From NCBI GenBank assembly GCA_963827235.1, contig CAWHAE010000010.1, forward strand, positions 608,001-672,000: 64,000 bases of DNA, in the 5' to 3' direction. Under the pieces are notes generated by a model. The model worked only from the letters and a program-made list of their open reading frames with translations, did no database searches and had not been told where the DNA came from. Made by a program: the position numbers and the translations under genes. This stretch comes from an uncultured bacterium. Lineage in GTDB: Bacteria > Chloroflexota > UBA5177 > JANWHV01. Shown piece after piece: positions 31,619 through 40,907 of the stretch (position 1 is its first letter; every line of letters starts with the position of its first letter).

Positions 31619-31866
31619 GCCGTGGGTGCCCTGAAACGCAGATGAGGCAGATACGAGGAGATGACGCAGATGGCGTGCGGCGCGCGGCGGTAGCGTGCAG
31701 GGCGATCGCGGTGAGCCCGGGCCGGCCAGGGCCGTGGGCTCGTGGCATGCAGGACACCTGTGCTTCTCGGCTCACATGGCCTTGCCTGGACATGCACGAT
31801 CCGCATGCATCTGCAACCATCTGCAACCATCTGCAACCATCTGTGATATTTGCGTTTCCGGGAGCC
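31619..31866. repeat. Family-A intergenic repeat copy 1 plus inverted partner with (CATCTGCAAC)x3
   Basis: GTGGGTGCCC.GAAACGCAGATGA.GCAGATACGAGGAGATGACGCAGATG...; inverted ATCTGTGATATTTGCGTTTCCGGG at 31839-31862. Confidence 0.8.
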
Positions 31867-31907
31867 GTACCGGCTGCCCGCCATGTCGAGAAGGCGCTCG
31901 GGTTTGT

Positions 31908-32534
31908 CTACCTGTTGGGCGGCGTAGCCGCTCCCGTGCTCCCTGCCGGGGGTGACGGCTCAGCGGGAACGCTCGTCCGGGCGTAGAACAGCTCGATCGG
32001 CAAGCGCGCGCCGATGTACACCACGTCGACCTCCTCGCCGGCTTCGTGGCGGTGGTAGGTCCACGCTCGCCTCTCCCGGCGATAGATCTCGACGGCCTGA
32101 TAGTCGGCGTTCACCAGCATGTACTCCTCAACGCTCGCACAGGACTGGTAATTGCGCAGCTGGCGGCCCCGGTCGACGCGCTCGGTGCTCGGCGAGAGCA
32201 CCTCCACCACCAGCCGTGGATATGCTATCTCGTCGTCCTCGGCGTTCTCGGCGTCGCGCTCGTCGCACGTCACGCCGACATCAGGGTACACCTGCACCGC
32301 CTCGGAGAGACGAACGCGCATAGCGGAGTTGCAGGCGCGGCACGGCAGGCCGGCCACCGCCCCGGCGAGCAGGCTGAACGCGTTCCCGGCCAGCGTGTTG
32401 TGCCGCCGCGTCCCGCCGGCCATGAGGCTGATCGCGCCGTCGAAGTACTCGTGCTTCGGCTCCACGCCGGCCCGCTCCATGGCGCGATACTGCTCGACGG
32501 ACATGGGTGCGAACCCGGCTTGCTCAGCGACGAT
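31908..32534 (-). CDS. Uma2 family endonuclease-like protein (second copy)
   Basis: HEYFDG..MAGGT..H, YPDVGVTCD, LVVEVLSPST; GGAGGAGG precedes ATC at 32534, next in-frame ATG at 32504. Confidence 0.88.
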   Translation of the reverse strand: MVAEQAGFAPMSVEQYRAMERAGVEPKHEYFDGAISLMAGGTRRHNTLAGNAFSLLAGAVAGLPCRACNSAMRVRLSEAVQVYPDVGVTCDERDAENAEDDEIAYPRLVVEVLSPSTERVDRGRQLRNYQSCASVEEYMLVNADYQAVEIYRRERRAWTYHRHEAGEEVDVVYIGARLPIELFYARTSVPAEPSPPAGSTGAATPPNR

Positions 32535-32629
32535 CGTCCTCCTCCGGCGACCGGACCGGCACGGCTTACCTGCCCGCCCGGTCACGTCATGCTGCGATCC
32601 TCATGGTAACCCAGGCGAAGGAACCCAGA

Positions 32630-32721
32630 GGGGAGCGGGCGCCTCCGACCGCGGTCGGATGGCAGGGCACGGGGAGCGGGCGCCTCCGACCGCGGTCGGA
32701 TGGCAGCAGACGGGGAGCGGG
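32630..32721. repeat. Family-B palindromic repeat, 41-bp tandem x2 plus partial third
   Basis: GGGGAGCGGGCGCC-TCCGACCGCGGTCGGA-TGGCAG at 32630 and 32671, partial at 32712. Confidence 0.85.
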
Positions 32722-32783
32722 GGTGGTGCGGCGGTGGGAGCGGCGAGCCTGTCGAGCATGGGGTGACCTCGCTTTCGCGTATG

Positions 32784-32833
32784 GAACATCTGTTCGACTA
32801 TCACCATCGTAGCACGGGATTGGGCAAAGTCAA
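32784..32833 (-). promoter_or_regulatory. Sigma-70 promoter with downstream Gram-positive-type LexA (SOS) box
   Basis: TTGACT-N16-TACGAT followed by CGAACAGATGTTC (GAAC-N4-GTTC). Confidence 0.7.
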
Positions 32834-32929
32834 GGAAGACATGGTGCGGCCATTTTCGGGTGATCGGCGGCCCGCGGAGCGCCAGGAATCGGCGTTCGAC
32901 GCCCCCAGATCAGGGCATCACAGCGCCGG

Positions 32930-33340
32930 TCACCCGGGAGACCGACCCGCTTCCTCGTGCGCACGCATGTACTCGACAACCTCGATCACTGCCTGAAGCT
33001 TATCGTCGGGAAGCTTGCTCGCGCCATCCTCGACCAGTTGCAGGGCTTCTTCGCGAGCCACCTTGTCTTCCGGCGGCAGCTTCTCGACGCCGAGGCTTGC
33101 CTCGAGATACTCCCCGCCTTCGGCGAAATAGCCCAGAGGCACCTCAAAGAACGAGGCCAGTGCCTCCAGAACGCTGAGACCGGGGTTGCTCATCGCTCCC
33201 GTCCGCAGTTTCCACACGTAGCTCGCCGTGACGCGGTTCCCCGTGGCGCGCTGTACCTGGCCATAGGTGAACTGCCGGCCTTGCACGCTTCGTCGCGCAC
33301 TGAAGAGCCAATCAACCTTCTGCGCAAGTGTCTTGCTCAT
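32930..33340 (-). CDS. XRE-type HTH DNA-binding protein, EspR-like
   Basis: TLAQKVDWLF...SYVWKLRTG..SNPG..LEALASFFEVPLGYF resembles the EspR N-terminal HTH pattern. Confidence 0.8.
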   Translation of the reverse strand: MSKTLAQKVDWLFSARRSVQGRQFTYGQVQRATGNRVTASYVWKLRTGAMSNPGLSVLEALASFFEVPLGYFAEGGEYLEASLGVEKLPPEDKVAREEALQLVEDGASKLPDDKLQAVIEVVEYMRAHEEAGRSPG

Positions 33341-33897
33341 GTATCCACCAAACCCATGTATTCACCCACTCCTTCCGACCTCTCGATAGCCACGCCATTG
33401 CCGGGTCGGCGCGCTGTACAGGTCGCCACGCCGCCACGTTGCAGTCGAAGCCCTCTTGCTCAACAGCACTCAGGGCACGGTCACGTGCGGAGTCTGGAAC
33501 AAGTACGGGAGACATCGGTACGTGGCCGGCGACTACGTGCTGGGAACAGTCACGAATCAGCGAACAGCCAAGATCCGTCAGCAAGCCGTGCCTTCTCGGA
33601 GCACGGCACTACCGAAATCCCGCCAGCGCACCCCACTGCGAATCCGTCCTGCCAGGGCGCGCAACGCCTGTGACTTGCCAGTTGACACAGCACGGCAACG
33701 CACGGCGCCACAAGACGGTAGTTCGCATTAGAACCACTGACATTATACCACCGCGTGCAAGAGCATTCCGAGCGGACAGAGAGGCAAAAGCGCACTCCGC
33801 GCCAAGGAACGTCGCGCACGGTCACACTGTCCGTCCTGGACCGGCCCGGCCGGCATCGCGGCGATTCTCGCGGGCCTGCCCCGCTCAGCGTGCCGCG

Positions 33898-34101
33898 CTA
33901 GGAGATGGACTCCGTGTCCGACTTGAGGGCGCCGTCAACTATGCGTTGTGCATCGAGCACCCCTTCTTCCGAGGCAAACTCAAGCACCAGACTGGCGGCC
34001 TTGAGAGCAATGTCTCGGGTGATTGCGCTCGACACCTTGAAGCTATCCATGAGCAACTCAGCCTCTTGCTTGGTGACCGCGAGCAGTTTTGTCTCTTCCA
34101 T
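33898..34101 (-). CDS. Small acidic hypothetical protein (67 aa)
   Basis: MEETKLLAVTKQEAELL...; AGGTAGG upstream; protein-like composition. Confidence 0.55.
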   Translation of the reverse strand: MEETKLLAVTKQEAELLMDSFKVSSAITRDIALKAASLVLEFASEEGVLDAQRIVDGALKSDTESIS

Positions 34102-34342
34102 CGGAATACCTACCTGTTCGTACCGATGCGGTTGCGAGCTCGAATATGGCCATCCGCCGTCCATCCAACTTCGCCTCGGCTCCGACTGTGTTCGCTCCTT
34201 CGCGCCTGATTGCTTTCGATTGGCACGAGCGTGCGTACCACCAACTCACATTCTATGTCCAGTGCGTTACACGCGCGTGCAGCGCCGGGCCGGAGGAAAT
34301 CCCGATGAACCGATTCGGATTCTTAGGGAAGAAGTGCGTGGT

Positions 34343-34444
34343 CGGGTCGCCGTGGGTGCCCGGAAACGCAGATGACGCAGATACGAGGAGATGACGCAGA
34401 TGACGTGCGGCGCGAGGCGGTAGCGTCCGTGGCGAGGTGAGCCG
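34343..34444. repeat. Family-A intergenic repeat copy 2
   Basis: CGGGTCGCCGTGGGTGCCCGGAAACGCAGATGACGCAGATACGAGGAGATGACGCAGATG...GGCGGTAGCGT. Confidence 0.85.
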
Positions 34445-34508
34445 CGCCAACCTGTGCGGCTGTGCACCGGCGTGCTATAGTCAGACCAAGGCGCAGGAGA
34501 ACACCACG

Positions 34509-34730
34509 ATGCAGCACCGGCATCTGAACCACGAAGGATTTACCCCCACAGCAATCGACGACATCATCGATCGAGGCGGCCTGAACGACTGGCTTGATCT
34601 CCGCGCTGCAATACTGGACGACCAGAGTCTACGCGACGATCTGCTCCGCATCTGCGCAGCACACACAGGCGATCCCTACGCACAGCGATACCACTTCTGG
34701 GAGCAGTATGCCCGACACGCGCACACCTGA
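34509..34730 (+). CDS. Small protein, putative antitoxin partner
   Basis: MQHRHLNH..AIDDIIDRG...W; AGGAG RBS, TGCTATAGT extended -10; overlaps the next gene. Confidence 0.75.
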   Translation: MQHRHLNHEGFTPTAIDDIIDRGGLNDWLDLRAAILDDQSLRDDLLRICAAHTGDPYAQRYHFWEQYARHAHT

Positions 34731-35520
34731 GTGGGAGCGCGTGCTCCTCGCAGCAGCGCACCTTCAACGGATCTTGCCCGGCGCAGTCCTGGTAGGCGGG
34801 ACCGCATCAGCCGTGCACGCCCATCACCGCGACTCCACGGACGCCGACCACATCCTGTACGATCTTCGCGACCGCTTCGACGCCGTGCTGGCCGAACTGG
34901 AAGCGGTCGCCGGCTGGAGGACCGCCCGCGTCCAGCGCCCGGTGCAGATTCCCGGCAGCCTCGACGGCATCGACACCGGAATCCGCCAACTGATACGCAC
35001 TCAGCCGCTGGAAACCACGCAGGTCACGATTGAGAACGCCACCTTGACGGTACCGACGGCGCAGGAGGTCCTCCGGATCAAGGCAGCCCTCATCCTGCGC
35101 CGCAACGCGACCCGTGATTACCTCGACGTCGCCGCGCTGTCGGACACCCTCGGGCGGGAGTCGACCCTGGACGCGCTCGCCAACCTGGACGCACTCTACC
35201 CGCAACCTACCGGCGCCTCGGCGCTGCAGCAACTCGCGATCCAGCTGGCACAACCGCTGCCGTTCGACCTGAATACCGTCTCGCTGGCGGAATACAAGCA
35301 CCTCGAGCCACGATGGCATGACTGGAATGAAGTCAAACACGCGTGCACGGACGTGGCTATCGGCCTGTTCGATCGGCTTGGCCGGCAGCGGGCAAAGCCA
35401 ACGTCGCCGGCCGTGCCCCGCGACGAGACCCTGCGCGCCAAGGCGGCCCAGCCGGCCCCGCCGCACACCGCATCAGCACCCGGCAACACGCCGCAGGACA
35501 ACGAGCTGCGTCCCGACTGA
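34708..35520 (+). CDS. AbiEii/AbiGii-like nucleotidyltransferase (putative toxin)
   Basis: LVGGTA...HRDSTDAD, K......RN..RDYLD motifs. Confidence 0.75.
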   Translation: MPDTRTPEWERVLLAAAHLQRILPGAVLVGGTASAVHAHHRDSTDADHILYDLRDRFDAVLAELEAVAGWRTARVQRPVQIPGSLDGIDTGIRQLIRTQPLETTQVTIENATLTVPTAQEVLRIKAALILRRNATRDYLDVAALSDTLGRESTLDALANLDALYPQPTGASALQQLAIQLAQPLPFDLNTVSLAEYKHLEPRWHDWNEVKHACTDVAIGLFDRLGRQRAKPTSPAVPRDETLRAKAAQPAPPHTASAPGNTPQDNELRPD

Positions 35521-35641
35521 ACGCACCATCGGGACCCACGGGATAGAGACTAACCCCGAGGAGCACAGGCCGCCACCGCAAGGCATGGGAACAGTGTCCG
35601 CGTCCATCCGCGGCTTCCGCGTTTCCGGCAGGCGCAGCGCC

Positions 35642-36268
35642 CTACTGCAGGGACAGCCTGACCAGCACCGGGCGATGATCCGACACGCCGTCCCACGGCC
35701 CGATCGAGGCGCTCACCGCGCGCCACTGCCGGGTGTGGAACACGTAGTCGATGCGCACCAGCCACATGGGCACGAGCTGGCCGAGCACCGTGAAGCGGCC
35801 GCTGCCGGGAGAGTCCGCGCCGGGGAACGTGTTGCCGAGGCCCCAGCCGGCCTCGCGCCAGGAGTCGACGAGCGCCGAGGTGACGATGCCGTAGGGATTG
35901 TTCTGGTCGGTGCTGTTGAAGTCGGTGGTGACGATCAGCGGCGTGCCGCCCTGCCGCCGCGCGAAGGCGACCAGAGCGCGCGCGTCCTCGGCGCGCCGGC
36001 GGACCTCGGTCTCGATCATGGACGGCCTGAAGATGGTGGAGACGGCGTGCACGCCGGCGACCAGCGTGTGCGCCGTGCCCACGGTGACGTCGACCACGAT
36101 CGGCGTGCCCAGCCACGTGCCGCCGATCCGCAGGCCGGTATCGCGCGCCGGCAGCCGGCTGAGCACGCCCATGCCGCCGTCCGCGTCCGGGTGCAGAAAC
36201 TGGTAGGGATAGCGAGCGCGCAGGTCCCGCGCGATCAGCGCTGCCGTCGCCGGGTTGATCTCCTGGAG
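35642..36268 (-). pseudogene. 5'-truncated duplicate of the EEP gene at 39699
   Basis: Near-identical to 39699-40325; lacks the TM region and the first catalytic (TFN) motif. Confidence 0.8.
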
Positions 36269-36448
36269 CGACACGCGCAGCGGATGTTGGGGCGCAGCGT
36301 GTGGTGCTTGGCGGCGAGGAAGGCTGCTGCCGGCTCAGGCAGGAGCATCGCTCCGCGATCTCCGCGATCTCCGCGTCCGCTTGACGGCACGGCCGCCGCA
36401 CTTCGCTCGACTCCCGCACGCGTTGTCGCAGGCATGCGGCTAATTGGC

Positions 36449-38617
36449 TCAGGTCTTCCGCGCTCGCACCGCGGGCGAGGGTGGCGAGGACCAGTCGCTC
36501 GCGCGCCGCCGTGGCACGACGGACTCGTGCTCCCCCGCCGTGCCCCCGCTGCGTGACAGCACGAACCGGCCGACCAGCTCCTGGAGCTGGCTCGCCAACG
36601 CCGCAAGCTCCTGCGCCCCGGCCGCCATCTCCTCCACCGATGCCGTCTGCTCCTCCGTGGAGGCACTGACCTCCTCCGCGCTCGCCGCGCTCTCCTCGCT
36701 CACCGCGGCGATGCTCTCGATGGCACCGGACACCTGCTCCGCGCTCGTGCGCAGCGCCGTACTGGCCTCCAGGGTTTGCCGCGCTACCTCGGAGACCTGT
36801 CCTGCAGCAGTCGACACCCGTCCCACGTTCCCGCTCATCTGCTGAACGGCAACACCGATGCTCTGCACCTGCGCCGTGGTGTTGCTCACCGCACCCAGGA
36901 TGCTCTCCAGCGCGCTCCCTGCTTGCTGGCCCAGCCCGGCGCTGCGTGCTACCTCGGCGTCTCCCTCCTCCATAGCCTGAACCACGTCCCTGACTTGCGC
37001 CTGGATGGCGGCGATGCGCTGGGTAACGCCCTTGGTTTCGCTCGACGCGCGCTCGGCCAGCTTGCGCACCTCTGCCGCCACCACGGTGAAGCCTTTGCCA
37101 TGCTCCCCGGCTCGGGCAGCCTCGATGGCAGCGTTCAGGGCCAGGAGATTGGTCTGCTCGGCGATGTCGTCGATCGCCTCCACGATCTGTCCGATCTCGC
37201 GGCTGCTCTCACCCAGCGCGTTGACCTGCTGGGCGGAGCGGGCGACCGCGGCGCGCACCGAGGCGATGGACGCGATGGTCTGGCGTACCGCCTCACCGCC
37301 ATCCCGGGCCGTTCCTGCTGCCCGTTCGGCCTCGCCGCTCACGGCGGCGACCTGCGTCGTGCTGTCGGCGAGGGCCGTGCGCAACTCGGCCAGGGCTTGG
37401 GCGGTTTGACTGCTGGCGCGGGCCAGCGCGTTGGCGCCGGTCGCCAACTGCTCAACCAGCTGAGTCACGGCGGCGACCTGCGCGGTGGCCTCCGTAGCAC
37501 TCCTGCTCTGGTCGGTGTTATCGCGCGCCACCTCTTCGATGGCGCGGGCGATCTGGGTGCTCGCCTGGCCGACCTGCTGGCTGGCCTGCGCCAGCTGTCC
37601 GCTACCGCTGTCCACCTGCGTGGCACTGGCCGCTACCCGGCCGATCAGATCCGCCAAGGTGCTGCGCGTCTGCTCGTACGCTGCCAGCGTGGCATGCACC
37701 TTGTCCACGATGCCGCGCATCGCCTCTGCCGTCTGACCCGTCTCGTCACGGCTCCGATAGCTCGGCGCCTCCATGGCGACCTCGACGGTTTGCGTGAGGT
37801 CGCCCGTCGCCAGCGCGCCCATGCCCGCAGCCAGCGCGTCGCTTCCCGCCATGACGGAACGCGCCGCGTGCTGCACCTGGGCCAGGGGCCGCGAGACCGC
37901 GCGAGCGATGACGAGGGCGATGCCCAGCCCCAGGAGTACGGCCAGGCTGCCGAGCACGATGCTCAGGACCAGGACGAGCCGTGCCGCGTCCGCCTCCTGG
38001 CTCGATGCCTGATCGATCTCTGCCTGCACGACGTCGATGTAGCTCTGCACCTGGTTCAGGGACGGCACATAGGGAATGGTCGTATAGCCGTAGAAGGCGG
38101 CGTCCCACTGGTGTTTGCGTGCCAGCACGAAGTTCTGCTCGTTGCCCAGCGTGTAGCCACCGTGCCCGTCGACGACGTCGTAGCGGGTGCTGTGGTCGAG
38201 CCCCGCCTTGTCGGCCGCGGTCAGCGGGCCGCTGCCGAAGTAGAAGGTGTGGAAGCGGTTGATCACGGCGCGTTGTGCCGGCGTATCTCCGAGCGCAGTA
38301 GCCGTGGCCAGGGTGGTGCGAATCTGCCCGATCTCCGTGTAGTAGGTGCTGAAGAGCGCTCGCGAGTGGGCAGGGTCGTGGATGAGCGCGCCTTGGGCCC
38401 AGAAGCCGTCGTCGTCGGCGCCCCGTACAAGGACGTAGAGGTCACGGGCCATCTCGCGTGCCGGGTAGAGATGGTGGACCATGCGATCGGCAATCGAGGC
38501 TTGTTGCCGGCTGGCGAGCGTGTCGGCGACGAGCGCGCCGCACATCAGCAGCAGCACTGTACCGAAACCGGCCAGCAGCTTGGGTGTGATTCTCAGGTTC
38601 CGAAACCACGCAATCAT
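36449..38617 (-). CDS. Methyl-accepting chemotaxis protein
   Basis: Two TMs, HAMP (SRDETG), signalling hairpin [26 protein letters not shown]. Confidence 0.96.
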   Translation of the reverse strand: MIAWFRNLRITPKLLAGFGTVLLLMCGALVADTLASRQQASIADRMVHHLYPAREMARDLYVLVRGADDDGFWAQGALIHDPAHSRALFSTYYTEIGQIRTTLATATALGDTPAQRAVINRFHTFYFGSGPLTAADKAGLDHSTRYDVVDGHGGYTLGNEQNFVLARKHQWDAAFYGYTTIPYVPSLNQVQSYIDVVQAEIDQASSQEADAARLVLVLSIVLGSLAVLLGLGIALVIARAVSRPLAQVQHAARSVMAGSDALAAGMGALATGDLTQTVEVAMEAPSYRSRDETGQTAEAMRGIVDKVHATLAAYEQTRSTLADLIGRVAASATQVDSGSGQLAQASQQVGQASTQIARAIEEVARDNTDQSRSATEATAQVAAVTQLVEQLATGANALARASSQTAQALAELRTALADSTTQVAAVSGEAERAAGTARDGGEAVRQTIASIASVRAAVARSAQQVNALGESSREIGQIVEAIDDIAEQTNLLALNAAIEAARAGEHGKGFTVVAAEVRKLAERASSETKGVTQRIAAIQAQVRDVVQAMEEGDAEVARSAGLGQQAGSALESILGAVSNTTAQVQSIGVAVQQMSGNVGRVSTAAGQVSEVARQTLEASTALRTSAEQVSGAIESIAAVSEESAASAEEVSASTEEQTASVEEMAAGAQELAALASQLQELVGRFVLSRSGGTAGEHESVVPRRRASDWSSPPSPAVRARKT

Positions 38618-38806
38618 CTGCCCCTCCAGGTCGTTTGAGTCGCCACAAGGCTCATGTCCATCGGCGGGATTCGGCTGGCTTGCCGCTCCCAGAGCGCCGG
38701 TTCGATCGAGATTGCGGAGATGACCAGCAGCTACATCGCTGAACAGTACGTGCGACGATGCACGAGTGGAGGGACCACCCTGGCTTGCACCAACTATCTA
38801 CTATGA

Positions 38807-38833
38807 CTATCGGCAGAGCCAGGTCGTTCTTTA
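38807..38833 (-). promoter_or_regulatory. Sigma-28 promoter of the MCP gene
   Basis: Minus strand TAAA-N15-GCCGATAG, nearly the FliA consensus TAAA-N15-GCCGATAA. Confidence 0.85.
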
Positions 38834-38864
38834 GTCTGTGCGAGAAGCATTTCGCAGATGGCGG

Positions 38865-38895
38865 GCGGGCGCCTCCAGCCGCGGCAGGATGGCAG
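38865..38895. repeat. Family-B repeat, dispersed variant
   Basis: GCGGGCGCCTCCAGCCGCGGCAGGATGGCAG. Confidence 0.7.
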
Positions 38896-38940
38896 CGTAC
38901 GGGCCGGCCGGGGTACCCACCCCAGTGGGTCGCGGGTGGA

Positions 38941-39083
38941 CGGGTCGCCGTGGGTGCCCAGAAACGCAGATGACGCAGATACGAGGAGACGACGCAGATG
39001 GTGTGCGGCGCGAGGCGGTAGCGTGCACGGCGATCGGGGCGAGCCGGGGCCGGCCACGGCGGCCGGCTCCCGGCATGCCGGAC
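38941..39083. repeat. Family-A intergenic repeat copy 3
   Basis: CGGGTCGCCGTGGGTGCCCAGAAACGCAGATGACGCAGATACGAGGAGACGACGCAGATG...GGCGGTAGCGTGCA. Confidence 0.85.
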
Positions 39084-39277
39084 TGCACGGACAGCCTCAC
39101 CAGCACCGGGCGTATCGCCGCGCCTGTTCACGGCGGCAATGCCGTGACGCGCTCGGGACGCCGGCCGCCAACGCTACGTACGTCAGCAGGTGAAGTTGCC
39201 TGCCCGAGGAGGGACAATGTCGATGAGTAGAAAGCTGGTCGAGTACGATCGTGCCGCCGAAAGATCAAGATAGTCGC

Positions 39278-39580
39278 ATGGATACACTGAGAGATGCGCT
39301 TCGGCAAGCCATGGAAGGTTATGCGGGCCGCGCGCTCAATGGCTACAGCTACGTGCTGACGAGCGCGGACGAGAGTGTTTTCGCGGTCGTCTCTGTCGGT
39401 CGCGTCCAGGATCGGCAAATCGTCGATACCGGCCTCGTGGCTCGCCTGGCCGGCGGACACATCGTCGTCGAGCGCGATATCAACGACAAGCCCCTCGTCG
39501 ACGCGCTGACCGGGGCGGGCATTCCGCGGGACCGCGTTGTGCTCGCGTATGAGGGCGAATCGGTCACCGAAGCCGCGTAG
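39278..39580 (+). CDS. xisI: XisI family protein
   Basis: IVVERDINDKPLVDALTGAGIPRDRVVLAY. Confidence 0.85.
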   Translation: MDTLRDALRQAMEGYAGRALNGYSYVLTSADESVFAVVSVGRVQDRQIVDTGLVARLAGGHIVVERDINDKPLVDALTGAGIPRDRVVLAYEGESVTEAA

Positions 39581-39698
39581 GGCCGCCAGGCTCACCCACG
39601 CCGTGACGAGCATACCGGCTTACGGACGAGCGTCGCTGCACGATCCGCACCCATAAGCGTCCATCCGCGGCATCCGCGTTTCCGGCCAGCGCCGCGCC

Positions 39699-40712
39699 CT
39701 ACTGCAGGGACAGCGTCACCAGCACCGGGCGATGATCCGACACGCCGTCCCACGGCCCGATCGACGCGCTCACGGCGCGCCATTGCCGGGTGTGGAACAC
39801 GTAGTCGATGCGCACCAGCCACATGGGCACGAGCTGACCGAGCACGGTGAAGCGGCCGCTGCCGGGAGAGTCCGCGCCGGGGAAGGTGTTGCCGAAGCCC
39901 CAGGCGGCCTCGCGCCAGGAGTCAACGAGCGTCGAGGTGACGATGCCGTAGGGGTCGTTCTGGTCGGTGCTGTTGAAGTCGGTGGTGACGATCAGCGGCG
40001 TGCCGCTCTGCCGCCGCGCGAAGGCCACCAGGGCGCGCGCGTCCTCGGCCCGCTGCCGGACCTCGGTCTCGATCATGGACGGCCTGAAGATGGTGGAGAC
40101 GGCGTGCACGTCGGCGACCAGCGTGTGCGCCGAGCCCACGGCGACGTCGACCACGATCGGCGTGCCCAGCCACGTGCCGCCGATCTGCAGGCCGGTATCG
40201 CGCGCCGGCAGCCGGCTGAGCAGGCCCATGCCGAGGTCGTCGTCCGGATGCAGGAACTGGTAGGGATAGCGGCCGCGCAGGTCCCGCGCGATCAGCGCTG
40301 CCGTGGCCGGGTTGAGCTCCTGGAGGCCGATCACGTCCGCGTTCGAGGCGAGCAGGGCGGCCACCACGCCGGCAGGGTGCTCGTTCGTCTGCAGCATGTT
40401 GAAGGTCTCGACGCTGAGAGCCGGACCGCGCCCCGGCGCCACGTGCTTGGGCAGGAACAGCGGGCCGAAGCCGACCAGCAGAATGCCGAGCACCACCAGG
40501 CAGCCGGCGACCGCCGTGCGCGATCGCGCCAGGGCGGCGCAGACGACGGCGAGGGGCAGCGGCACGAACAGGTAGAGGGCGAAGGCGTTGGCCAGGAACA
40601 TCCACCAGGGGTGGTCGCCGAACGCCAGGCGAAGCAGCAGCCAGGCGAGCACCGCGAGCGCGTAGACCACCGCCGCGGCGTGCAGAGTCCGCCGTATGCC
40701 GAGCCGGTTCAC
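39699..40712 (-). CDS. Membrane-anchored endonuclease/exonuclease/phosphatase (EEP) family protein
   Basis: Three N-terminal TMs, ETFN, DVIGLQE, DFN, RIDYVF, SDHRPV; alternative start 40778. Confidence 0.9.
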   Translation of the reverse strand: MNRLGIRRTLHAAAVVYALAVLAWLLLRLAFGDHPWWMFLANAFALYLFVPLPLAVVCAALARSRTAVAGCLVVLGILLVGFGPLFLPKHVAPGRGPALSVETFNMLQTNEHPAGVVAALLASNADVIGLQELNPATAALIARDLRGRYPYQFLHPDDDLGMGLLSRLPARDTGLQIGGTWLGTPIVVDVAVGSAHTLVADVHAVSTIFRPSMIETEVRQRAEDARALVAFARRQSGTPLIVTTDFNSTDQNDPYGIVTSTLVDSWREAAWGFGNTFPGADSPGSGRFTVLGQLVPMWLVRIDYVFHTRQWRAVSASIGPWDGVSDHRPVLVTLSLQ

Positions 40713-40907
40713 TGCACGATCTGCCTCGCCAGCGGGGAGCGATATATAGGGATGCGGCGTATGCCGCCGCAGTCGCATGGTACAGGATCCCGCTCCTGCG
40801 ACATGCTCTGTCCCGGGATGCAGCTAGGGCACTGCCAAGCGTCAAGCCTGAGGCTTCGACGCGAGGATCGGACGCGACTACGTGCGGTGCCCGGAGCGGA
40901 AGTACCG

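Noticed and set aside
32630-32721. Possible mini-CRISPR array
   Set aside because: Only ~5-nt variable spacers, 2.3 units, no cas genes
36776-38638. 620-aa + strand ORF
   Set aside because: Antisense shadow of the MCP
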